64,000 bases of DNA from assembly GCF_006345805.1 (NCBI RefSeq), contig NW_021833740.1, positions 6,133-70,132 of the forward strand. Reading direction: 5' to 3'. The notes beneath the pieces are model-generated. The model searched no databases, had not been told where the DNA came from, and saw only the letters and a program-made list of their open reading frames with translations. Both the position numbers and the translations under genes were made by a program. Origin of the DNA: Octopus sinensis. Lineage: Eukaryota. How positions within the stretch are numbered: position 1 is the first letter of the stretch; every line of letters starts with the position of its first letter. Shown in pieces: positions 36,617-48,270 of the stretch.

Positions 36617-36985
36617 TATGGCGAAAGAATGTATCTGGTGGACGCATCTGAAAGGATTGGAGACAAACACTTTCCTCTCTGGTCAACCTCTCATCAACTT
36701 CTTCAAGTATCACTTGAAGAGAAAAGTGAGAGTAAAGAGGCAAGTTTTGTCTAGCGAATGTTTTAAAAAAAAGATGGGTGAATGTAGCAAGGATGGCACG
36801 TATGAATGACGAAGCCACCTTGAGCATGATCCTATGAACGAAAAAAAAGAAAGGAAAAAGAGAGACATTTACTGTAATGTGCTTTTTGTATGACATTCTT
36901 GCCCAGGGTTACCGTGGTGTTTCCGTAGGCTTTTCTTTTCACGGATAAACCTGATCTGTTTTCCCTTTTTACATTGACATTTCTG
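36617..36985 (+). mobile_element. 3' fragment of a Tx1/L1-like ORF2 with its 3'UTR
   Basis: AKECIWWT…LINFFKYHLKRKVRVKRQVLSSECFKK-(frameshift)-RWVNVARM resembles the 'AK..IW…F…L..R…F…W' C-terminus of Tx1-type ORF2; a pyrimidine-rich UTR follows. Confidence 0.6.
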
Positions 36986-37155
36986 TGAATTTGGTTGGGT
37001 TCCGTTTACCAAATCCACTCACAAGGCTTTGGTCGGCCCGAGGCTATAGTAGAAGATACTATACGCCGTGGTACTGAACCCGGAACCTTGTGGTTGGTAA
37101 GCAAGCTACTTACCACACAGCCACTCCTGCACCTATATATATATATATATATATA

Positions 37156-38535
37156 CTAGCAGTATCGCCCGGCGTTGCTCGGGTTTGTAAGGGAAATAAC
37201 TATATAAGCATTTTTAGAGAGTTACTTCCCTTATAGATGCCAATTCGGGCTTTCTTAGCCATTTCTGTTTTGATGTCTTCAAGCCATGAAGTCGTTGTTC
37301 TAAAAGAACGCTGGTCTCCTTGACAACGCTTTACGACGTTGATTTCCTTACAGGGAAGAAGGGGGAGAAGCAAACACAGGTGCAGGTGTTTGAGCGTGGA
37401 CGCCAACTCCGCCGCCATCGACACACGAAAAATTATGCATTAAAATGGAATAAAAAATGATGTTAAATTATTTTTTAAATCGTAGACTCATCGTAGACGC
37501 GCGCTAATACTCAGACGGACTCGATATGAATCACGACTATAAGATACCCGAATTTGGTTAAACTGCACCGCAAAATGTGGGAGGAGTTAGGAATCTAAAT
37601 CGAAAGGGACAGACACTCACACAACTAGAGTTTTATATATATACTAGCAGTATCGCCCGGCGTTGCTCGGGTTTGTAAGGAAATAACTATATAAGCATTT
37701 TTAGAGAGTTACTTCCTTTATAGATGCCAATTCGGGCTTTCTTAGCCATTTCTGTTTTGGTGTTTTCAAGCCATGAAGTCGTTGTTCTAAAAGAACGCTG
37801 GTCTCCTTGACAACGCATTACGACGTTGATTTCCTTAAACTCCCTTCCCCACAGCTTCACGAGGGAGGGAAGAAGGGGGAGAAGCAAACACAGGTGCAGG
37901 TGTTTGAGCGTGGACGCCAACTCCGCCGCCATCGACACACGAAAAATTGTGCATTAAAATGGAATAAAAAATGATGTTAAATTATTTTAAAAATTAGACT
38001 CATCGTAGACGCGCGCTAATAGCCAGACGGGCTTGATATTAATCACGACTATAAGATACCCGAATTTGGTTAAACTGCACCGCAAAATTTGGGAGGAGTT
38101 AATCGTAGGAGACAGACACTCACACAACTACAGTTTTATATATATAGATATATATAAAGCTGAAGTTGTCTGTGTATGGCAGGTTTGGTAGCCTTCAACA
38201 AACACTATCTCCTCCGAGACCCTGCGGCACAAGTTGACCAAAATTGAGAGTATGATAGAAGACAGCTTGCTCTTCCTTCCGTAGAAGAAAAAATTCAAAT
38301 CGGACCATATTAACACCAACAATTATTTACATCAAAAAGGTGCTTATTTTTCTATGAAAATCTCTATTTTTTACGAGTTTTTGACAGCTGTGTCGCCATT
38401 TTTCGGTGTATTTCAACCAGAAAAATGTTCACTTAAAAAGAATAACAAGCTACATAATGCAAAAGTTTTACTTTTCAAAAATTCCAATTCTAAAAGGTCG
38501 AAACAAACCCGAGCAACGCCGGGCGATACTGCTAG
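37156..38535. mobile_element. Cluster of three Helitron-like elements: 37156-37643 (-), 37644-38148 (-), 38149-38535 (+)
   Basis: All three carry the same CCCGAGCAACGCCGGGCGATACTGCTAG 3' end; two are head-to-tail and the third is head-to-head. Confidence 0.82.
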
Positions 38536-38588
<53 letters not shown>

Positions 38589-38830
38589 ATGTGTATATGT
38601 TTGTGTGTCTGTGTTTGTACCCCCCAACATCGCTTGACAACCGATGGTGGTGTGTTTACGTCACCGTCACTTAGCGGTTCGGCAAAAAGAGACCGATAGA
38701 ATAAGTACTAGGCTTCCAAAGAATAAGTCCTGGGGTCGATCTGCTCCAGCATGGCCACAGTCAAAATGACTGAAACCCGTAAAAGAATAAAGAGTAAAAG
38801 GAAAAAAAAAAAAAAAATCAAAAAATTAGC

Positions 38831-38903
38831 AGGTTTCGGCGAGGCTCGAACTCGCGGCCTTCTGCGTGTGAAGCAGACGTGATAACCACTACACCACGAA
38901 ACC
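38831..38903 (-). tRNA. tRNA-Val(CAC)
   Basis: 73-nt cloverleaf: acceptor stem GGTTTCG/CGAAACC, anticodon stem TCTGC/GCAGA with loop TT-CAC-AC, T-arm GCGAG-TTCGAGC-CTCGC. Pol III T-run follows 5 nt later. Discriminator is U. Confidence 0.88.
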
Positions 38904-39299
38904 TGACATATAACAGCTTTCAAAAACAAATATTTATACTCTTTAATTATCTATTTTTCTTTCTTTGTGTTTATTAGATGTAATTGTTTCTATCGTTTAG
39001 TTTTAGAGCAACCTTCGTTGAACTGACTTATGAACACGTTCCGATCGTGACCATCTCGTCTGTTATATTTATTTCTTCAAGGACTGCTTTATTCAATATG
39101 CATTTCTCGCTTTTTAAGCTAATATTATAATAAGCACATAGAAATATTATTATAGTTGGTATGTAATAGAGAAAGCGAAAGGGTGTTAGGAAGTACCTTG
39201 GAGAATTACTTCGTTACTTCCTTTTTGCCATTGGACTTTCTAGGACAGTAACTGCAAACCAAATGTGTGTGTGTGTGTGTGTGTGTGAAAGATATGAGG

Positions 39300-39700
39300 G
39301 AAAAAAAAGTCGGATCGTGTGAATTTTCTGAAACTCCTCTCCCCTTCGGAAAATTCTTTCCCGTAAAACCCGATATATTCTGAATCATCAACATCTAAGC
39401 GGTATTTGTCCAAAATTTCGTTAAAAAATATCAAATTTTCTGGAAGTTATGAGGCAGCAAATTCGGTGAGGCACACATCTGTAGTTATGCTGAAAGTGTA
39501 TGTGTGTGAAAAAAAAAGTCGGATCGTATGAATTTTCTGAAACTCCTCTCCCCCTCGGAAAATTCTTTCCCGTAAAACCCGATATATTCTGAATCAACAA
39601 CATCTAAGCGGTATTTGTGCAAAATTTCGTTAAAAAATATCTATTTTTCTGGAAGTTATGAGGCAGCAAATTCGGTGAGGCACACATCTGTAGTTATGCC
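39300..39700. repeat. Two-copy tandem duplication (~209-bp period)
   Basis: AAAAAAAAAGTCGGATCGT…CACATCTGTAGTTATGC occurs twice. Confidence 0.85.
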
Positions 39701-39916
39701 TCTGCTATTGTTACCTCACAGTTTAGTCCTGTCTAAAAAAATACCATTTCGGTGGAGTTTAGTATCAGGATTATTATTCTTTTATTCTTTTACTGGTTTC
39801 ATTCATGGGCCGTGGCCATACTGGAGCACTGCTTTCAATAATCAGAGGCAATCTTTTACTTTAAACCACGTAAAAGAGAAACAATAAAATGGAATTTTAA
39901 AATATCTGTCTCTCAT

Positions 39917-40207
39917 GGCGATCTTTCGTCTCTAGTAGACCTTTCCGTCGATTTCCGTAAAAGACATTTTTTTTTTTACATATGGGCTTGCGGGAACTTT
40001 TGAAGTAATGAGAGCGAAAGAGACTAAGAGAAAGCGATTGTATGACGAGGGAAGTTCTTTTGAAGTTACCCTGCATGGGAAGCATTGATGTACATGTGTG
40101 TGTGTGTGTGTGAACTTCAAAAGTTCCCGCAAGCCCATATGTAAAAAAAAAAAAAATGTGTTTTTACGGAAATCGACGGAAAGGTCTACTAGAGACGAAA
40201 GATTGCC
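39917..40207. mobile_element. Mutator-like MITE
   Basis: ~90-bp terminal inverted repeats (39917-40006 and 40114-40207) starting GG, with identical 9-bp flanking direct repeat GTCTCTCAT (39908-39916 and 40208-40216). Confidence 0.85.
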
Positions 40208-40507
40208 GTCTCTCATTGATGAGTTATATTTGGACGAAATTGATTAAATACCGACATTTTGACGATCTAAAATTTTCCGTTTCGTATCGATCTCTATTGA
40301 AATAACAAAATCAATAATAGTGAAGGATGTGGTAGATTTGTAGAATCGTTGTAGATCCTTGCTGAATTTAGTTACATTCTGACTTTTTCTTCTCGTTTTG
40401 TCCTGTTAAATGCACGTAGAGTGTCTTCGTTGTAAATGGAATTATAATAGAACAAAAAAGGAGATAGTTCGTTGGTCATTGATAAATTAATAAATTACTA
40501 TCAATGT

Positions 40508-40508
40508 C

Positions 40509-40577
<69 letters not shown>

Positions 40578-41340
40578 AAACATACATACATACATACATG
40601 CATACATTCATACATGCATGCATACATACATACATTCATGCATACATACATACATACATGCATACATTCATGCATACATACATACATACATGCATACATT
40701 CATACATGCATGCATACATACATACATTCATGCATACATACATACATACATGCATACATACATACATAAATACATACATACATAAATACATACATACATA
40801 CATGCATGCATGCATAAATACATACATACATACATACATACATACATAAATACATACATGCATACATACATACATACATACATACATACATACATAAATA
40901 CATGCATACATACATAAATAAATACATACATACATACATACATACATACATACATACATACATACATACATACATACATACATACATACATACATACATA
41001 CATGCATACATACATACATACATACACACGCATACATACATACACACCTACATACATACATACATGTATACATACATACACACACACACACATACATACA
41101 CACATACATACATACATACACACATACATACATACATATATACACACATACATACATACATGCATACACACATACACACATACATACACACACACACATA
41201 CATACATACACACATACACACATACACACAAACACATACACACATACATACATACACACATACATACATACACACATAAACACACACATACATACATACA
41301 TACATGCATACATACATACTTACATACATACACACACTCG
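40508..41340. repeat. (GATA)n followed by a long degenerate (TACA)n tract
   Basis: Direct inspection. Confidence 0.95.
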
Positions 41341-42867
41341 TATATGATTGCGTGTGTGTGTGTGTGTGTGTATCTCCGTTGGTTTTGACGATAAATATTC
41401 AACTGTTTGATCAATTTAATTACTTGTTCTTAAAGCAGATGAGGAGGTCATGGATATCTGAAGGTATTGTGGCGTGTATCAGTGTGGAATGCAAAGTAAC
41501 TACTGCAGCAAGGATATTAGGCCTACTGTCCCTTTTACAAAGTGATCTGATTAAAAAAAGAAAAAAAAAGATCAGTCCACTGCGTGACCCTTGGGAGAAC
41601 ATTTTCTACTTCAGCCCAGTGAATTTAGAGGACGAAAGCTATGTTGAAGTCCGTCTATTTATAACTTTTTATCAAGGCGGTGCCCCAGCATGGCTGAAAC
41701 ATGCAAAAGAATATGTGCGCGTGTGTGAGAGCGTATGGCCTAGTGGTTAGAATGTTGCATTCACGATCACAAGATTGTGGTTTCAATTTCTAGTGACATA
41801 TAATGTTTTCAAATATACTGACTTTCACTGTGGAATTTCCAAAGGTCCTGCTAGTCGTTATTATTATTCCAGGCACTCGTTGGCTTTTATGGATTTTTCC
41901 ACCAGGAAACTTTCGTAACGCCTCCCCCTTTTGGGAGTTTTTCGTTGTTATAATTTTTCCTTGTTACACTGTTTTTACACGTTTTTCTTTTTTACAAACG
42001 GACAAAACCCTTTGTAACTTTTCGTCCTGTTTTGTCCCTTTATGTTTTGATTAATTTTTGTCAGCCCTTGTGGCCAATAAAAGAATTAATTATTATTATG
42101 ATTATTATTATTGAATGAGAGAGCAGTGCACACCATCAAAGTGACACTGGGGTAAAATATACAAAGTCCAGTATACCAATCATGACTACCCGTCTGATAA
42201 GGGTACACTAGGCACATGCATCACAACCGTATGTGCACGATATTGTGATCTCATATCAAGATAAACAGCGCATGACCTTGCAGGTGGGGCCCAGTTAAAA
42301 TTTTCTTCAGGATGAATAGCCCACCCCACATAAAAGGTCCCTGAATAAGGTTTGTTTAAAGATGTTGAACAAAACACCCATGTTTCTAAAGGTGAATTAT
42401 CCAAACCTTAAAGAATTCCTCTCGACAAATGGCTATGATGCTCCCCCACTACTTCTGCTCGTGATCAGAGATGCACATATCATCAGCAACTAAGGGACAT
42501 GCTCAACTGGTTAAGGTCAAACAACTGACAAGAAAATCTGTGGTATTGAGCAGAATATTTGCTGTAGCCCATCATTTATACCAAGACAAAACAATGTACA
42601 TGATAACACTTCCAATCAGTTAAGATCAAAATATTATTTATTAGTACAGCAGGTAAAATGCTTAGTGACACTTTTTCCATCTTTATGCTCTGAGTTTAAA
42701 TTCTATTGAGGTCAACTTTGCCTTTCATCTTTTGAGGGTCGATAAATGAAATACCAGCGAAACACTGGGGTTGATGTTATTAACTAGTTCCCTTCCCCAA
42801 AATTTCAGACCTTGTACCTTTAGTAGAAAAGACTATTACTATTATTATTGTTATTATTATTATTATT

Positions 42868-43822
42868 GCCTTTGCACAGCTTCAAACACTGGAGGTGTGT
42901 TTCAGTGTCAGCTGTTCACTACCAGTGAACTAAGGTAACACCTCTTATTTTTTGAGCACCTTCTGGAGTATTCAAGCAGTGCTGTTTTCTGCAAGTGCTC
43001 CACCCTTATTGCAGCCCTTGTTTGTTCCACGTACTTCTTGAGATTTTTGCTCACTGTTCTCAGGGCTCCGACAATTATTGGTACTACTGCTACCTTTTTC
43101 ATCGACCATAACTGCTTAACTTCCCAAGCTAACCTATCATATCTCTCGACTTTTCTTTCTTCTTTATCGCATACCTTGTTGTCAGCTGGGGATGCTATAT
43201 CTATGATCCAACATAGTTTGTTTTCTTTCTCAATTAAGACTATGTCCAGCTTCCTATTCACAATCTCATGGTTGCACTGAATCATAAAATTCCATAGGAT
43301 CTTTGCATTTCTATTTTCAACAATGCCTTCAGGTCTGTGGTTGTACCAATATTTTGCTCTGTCAAGTCCATACTTGTGGCAAAGTGTCCAATGGACAAGC
43401 CTGGCTATATTGTCGTGGTGCCTATTATATTCCTTCTGGGCTAGAGGTGTACACTGACTGGTAATATGCCATTCGGTTTCACCATTTTGTCCACAGATTC
43501 TTCACTTATCATCTTCTGCTGTGTTATCTATTCTGTATTTTATGTAGTTTGTTCTTAGTGCTTGATCTTGGGCAGCACAGATTAGAGGCTCCATTACTGG
43601 TTTTACATCACTTTTAGTCATCCACAGCCATCTTTTTTCTCTGTCTGTCTTATCTTCAACATCCCTATGAAATTGACCATGCATTCTTTTCTTTACCCAC
43701 CTATTTTCAATTTCATTCGTTTTCAATTTTCTATTTCTTGTACAGTGCTTTACCTTCGATTATTTTTGCCTATTTTCTGTTTCATTCATTTTCAATTTTT
43801 TGTATAGCACTTTATCTTTGAT
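42868..43822 (-). mobile_element. 5'-truncated restriction-like-endonuclease (R4/Dong- or NeSL-like) non-LTR retrotransposon
   Basis: MHGQF…ICAAQDQALRTN, CCHC-like knuckle remnant, then LDIVLIEK…IIDIASP…KVERY…LW…VPIIVGAL (RLE domain). (TAA)n on both sides. Confidence 0.82.
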
Positions 43823-45017
43823 TCTTCTTCTTCTTATTATTATTATTATCTATAATTTGTCCCTAGAATGTCTCCCCATTCACTGTTCTGGAAAATAGGA
43901 AAAAGAAAAACAATTTTTTTTATTATTTAACTCCTTCAGTTTTATACAACCACCTGATTTACGGGACCTTATTTAGTTGCTTACATTTCAGTCAGGTGTC
44001 CACTTTCAAGATAACTTCCTCTGTCCCACTTGTCTCAAATACTCTGAAAAAAATGGCCTTTCCACCTCCAACTTAGAAAAACAAATCAAACAGAATTTAC
44101 AGTATTCACTTTTATTATAATTTTTATTATTATAATTTTTATTATTATTATTATCATCATCTTCATCATCTTCATCATCCTCATTATTATTATTATTATT
44201 ATTATCTTTTTTGTGTGTGTTGTATTTCATACTTTTATATTGTCCTCAAGGGACCTTGTGGCCAATAAAAGAAATCATCATCAACATCATATCATCATCA
44301 GCATCATCAGCATCCTCAAAATCATCATCATCATCATTAACATCATCATCGTTGTCATTAAATTTATTGTTATAATTATATTAAAATGCACCATCATGAC
44401 ACTGTGTCTTTGGATTCCCTGGTGCCAGATTTCAGGAAAGTCTCAGCAGCTAATTTCATTCCTTTAATTGACTAATAAACAGAGCAATAGGTCCTTTTTT
44501 ATATATATAGATAGTTTAGGACTATTTTTTGTTGTTGCATTTCTTGAATGTCGAATATAAAGTACATACTGCAAGTGAGAGAGAGATTCAATTGTCCAGT
44601 TCTCTCATTGAAATAAAACAACTAAAAATTGATATTATTTTTATTTTTTCATTGATATACACATTCTTATATAAAATAGACATACACATACTCACATATA
44701 CATCTGCACACATGTACATATACATTCACAAACACGCATGCATGTATACACACATACATATAAACAAACATGCACACACATAATACAAAAATTTCAATTT
44801 ATTATTACTTCTAAATTTTCAGTTACTTTTTAAAGTTAGGAATCTCTGTATTTCAGGTTATCCAGGGTCATTCACACACTAATGATCTCTTTCATACCTT
44901 GACAATTTAATAAATCTTTTTTTCTGGAGGGAAGAATTCTGAGATGGTTTAACTATATATGCCTCTTACTTAATTATTTAACTATCAATCTTACCTGTAC
45001 ATTTGTTTGTATATAAG

Positions 45018-45250
45018 ACAGTGCATCTAAATTGGCTAGCCATGTATGGAATTTGAAAAGCAGCTTCACAGCACATGCAATTAAGTGGAGAATAGTGAAG
45101 AAATTCAAGCCATATGTTAATGGATCTCAGAAATGCAACTTATGTATAGCAGAAAGATCTCATATTATTCTTAGATCCAGCAATTTCAACACACTGCTTA
45201 ATTTAAGATCTGAAATTTTTAGCAAGTGTAAACACATGGACAGGTTTTTT
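45018..45250 (+). mobile_element. Penelope-like element GIY-YIG endonuclease C-terminal fragment
   Basis: LASHVWNLK…IKWRIV…KCNLCIAE…LLNLRSEIFSKCKH pattern. Confidence 0.7.
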
Positions 45251-45264
45251 GTTTTTTTAATCAA

Positions 45265-45735
45265 ATTGAAGGGCACCACCCACTCTGGATTGAGCTGCTG
45301 TCATGCAAACATTGACAAAATTATTAACCATCTTACAAACAATAACTCTGAGCACCTTTTCAAACTCCACCCGTCTAACACCCGTGGACATATTTACAAA
45401 GTCAGAAAACAGCACAGCTCCCATGACTTTAGGAAACATTTTTTCACGCTAAGAGTTGCTGAAGCATGGAACAAGCTACCGGCATCAGTTGTTAGTTGTC
45501 GGAGCACTGCATCCTTCAAAACTTCCATGCTTTCTGAGATTCGCCAACACTACACCTGATTTTCTCCCCTCCATACACACACAAGCATGTATCTGACTCA
45601 TACATTGTTCGCTTTCCAGACATTTGTACATTACTGCATATACTTTATACGCACTTTCTGACAAGTTGTGGTGCACCTGAGCACTGTATACAATAATTTC
45701 ATTATATTATATTATATTATATTATATTATATTAT
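45265..45735 (+). mobile_element. 3' end of a second CR1-like LINE, ending in (ATTAT)n
   Basis: TRGH…RKHFFTLRVAEAWNKLPASVV…FK is the typical CR1 ORF2 terminus; UTR and pentanucleotide tail follow. Confidence 0.82.
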
Positions 45736-46109
45736 ATTTTCCGTTATCTTGTTCTAAACTAATTCTGCAATCAGAGAGGATGAGGATCTTAGTTTTCTTG
45801 ATTTCATTTCTTGTTTCTCGTTCCGTTTTCTGCACCAACCTTCTTCACATTTCTCCCATGTCTATTTTTATTTTCTTATTGCCTAGACATCCTTGTTTTT
45901 AAAATATATATATATAATGCACAGACAGAGCCTGAAAGATTGCTTTAAGGTACATGGCATATTTTATGAATATGCCTGCTCAAGTATCATAAAAGCATGA
46001 AACTATTAGTAGCTCTTTCGGTTGTGTATTTAAATTGATATATATGTATGTACATATGTATGTATAGATGTGTCAAATCTAATTTTGTTTACCAAAATTT
46101 CTACCTCTC

Positions 46110-46257
<148 letters not shown>

Positions 46258-46321
46258 GGTCCCGGTTGAGTCGGGGTTAACCACAGTAAATAAGGTACTC
46301 AATACATAGCAGAGTAAATTA

Positions 46322-46533
46322 ATTTATTTTATAGAAGGAGCTTCTACAGAACTAGAACTGTTTCATTCAAATGAAATCATCAGGAAGCTTGCTGTCAAAA
46401 TAAGTCTTGGCATTTATACATTTGTATGCATTTGTACAAATGTATAAATGCCAAGACTTATTTTGACAGCAAGCTTCCTGATGATTTCATTTGAATGAAA
46501 CAGTTCTAGTTCTGTAGAAGCTCCTTCTATAAA

Positions 46534-46539
<6 letters not shown>
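46322..46539. repeat. Perfect 105-bp inverted repeat with 8-nt loop
   Basis: 46322-46426 is the exact reverse complement of 46435-46539; (TA)n lies just beyond the right arm and ~70 bp beyond the left arm. Confidence 0.95.
46473..46521 (+). ncRNA. Type I hammerhead ribozyme motif (family F); inverted copy on the minus strand at 46340-46388
   Basis: GCTTC-CTGATGA-tTTC(attt)GAAt-GAAA-CAG(ttctagtt)CTG-TA|GAAGC. Confidence 0.75.
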
Positions 46540-46575
<36 letters not shown>

Positions 46576-46820
46576 GTCAGTGTATCTATTCATTTGGCAA
46601 TATAGTTGTCTATATATCTGCTAAAATATGTATGTATGTTTGTATGCTATGTGTCTCTTCATCCATCCATGCACCTACACTGACATCCAACTATACACCA
46701 CCATCCACCTACCCACCTATTTATTTACTCACTTAACACAATTCATCCATCCATTCAACTTACCCACCCTTCTACCCATCTACCCATTCAGTCATCTACC
46801 CCATTCATTCACTCATCCGT

Positions 46821-47125
46821 TTATTTAGTCAGTTCAAGATCCCACCCGTTATCATCTTTATCTTCAAAAGGTTGCCGTATGTGTGGTATTTCATTACAGC
46901 CAAACCACCAATATGCTGTATCCCTCGGTCCATTCAGTACATATCGTCTCCTCTGTGCTGGCAAGTCAGCTCTGTAATACTCATTGCCAGTGAAGAAATA
47001 GGTATTCCTGTTGATCCATTGTACTGCAGCCTGGAAGTCTGGCAGCTGGTTGAACAGTTTAATTCGCTTCTTCTCATACTTCCGTTGACGAGATTTCTTG
47101 CCTTTCAACAACCAGATTCGATTGT
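46821..47125 (-). CDS. MMP terminal exon: hemopexin blades 3-4 (NRIWLL…TYFFTGNEYYR…WWFGCNEIPH…LELTK*)
   Basis: Acceptor gatcttag; YFFxG and terminal WFGC; stop TAA at 46821-46823. No transmembrane or GPI signal follows, implying a soluble protein. Confidence 0.93.
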
Positions 47126-48122
47126 CTAAGATCGGAGAAAATGAAGAGAACGTTAATTATAAATCATTGTTGGAATAACTTATTATTGATTTAAAATTTT
47201 AGCACAAGGCCATCGATTTTAGGGGAGGGGATAGGCCAATTACATTGACCCCAGCGCTTGACTGATATTTATTTTATCAACCCCAAAAGGATGAAGGACA
47301 AATTCAACCCCAGAGGAATTTGAACTCAGAATGTAAAGACAGACAAAATACTGCCAAGCATTTTGCCCGGTGTGCTAATGACTCAGCCAGCTTACCGCCT
47401 TAGCAATAACTTAATAGTATTGTCTTTATTATAAATAGTTTGAAAGGCAGTGGAGCTAGCAGAAATATTAGTGTACCAGACAAAATGCCAAGTAGTATTT
47501 CTTCTAACACCCTAGATACTGAGTTCAAATCCTGCCACAGTCAACTTTGCCTTTCAGTCCCCTGAAAAGGAAAGATTTGGCTGCTATTTCATGCATGCTC
47601 AAGATAAAATAAGTATCATCTGAGTACAGGAGGTTGATGCAACTTACTTCCCCACACCTCAAAATTGTTGGTCTTGAGCCAAAATTTTAAATAATTATTA
47701 ATGATTTCAGAAATATACCATGTGTTTCTTGAAATAAAGAATTAAGTACATCTGGGAGAAAATATATAAAAATAGTTGTGGTTAACATATCATAATAATA
47801 CTAAAACTTTAGAGATGTTTGTGTGTAACCAAAATATCTCAGAAATAGTATATTTTATCTTAATTTTTTTAATATTTATTTTCATACTTACCTTCAGCAT
47901 TGCAGTACAAATTTTTGTGATATTTGGATCTCTATTTATTAATGCAAACAATTAAACACAGTTTTCGTTTGTTAATCTTGACAAAACATGGCTTCCATGA
48001 TGTCAACACACATACACACATACAGAATATACACACATATAATGAATGTCATGGCATGTCAATGAACACAAACACACATCTGCTATCTGTGACATATACA
48101 CACACATGCAAAAATTACTCAC

Positions 48123-48270
48123 CAATTAACAGGTAGATTTTCCGGCCTAATTTAAAGGCTGATTCAATTTTGGTACCAGTTACATCCCATTCTTTGGCCC
48201 AGGGTTTTGGATAGAAGTGTTCCAGTTGGAAACCGTCCTCTGTGTGTCTGTAGCGCCAAACTAGGTTGCC
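48123..48270 (-). CDS. MMP exon H: hemopexin blades 2-3 (GNLVWRY…YPKPWAKEW…IESAFKLGRKIYLLI)
   Basis: Acceptor ccttttaag and donor GTGAGT; WRY and YPK motifs. Confidence 0.92.

Noticed and set aside
47892-47932. Possible small extra MMP exon ending at a GTAAGT donor
   Set aside because: Poor acceptor; the nearest AG gives a stop, and exon H already splices in frame to the terminal exon.
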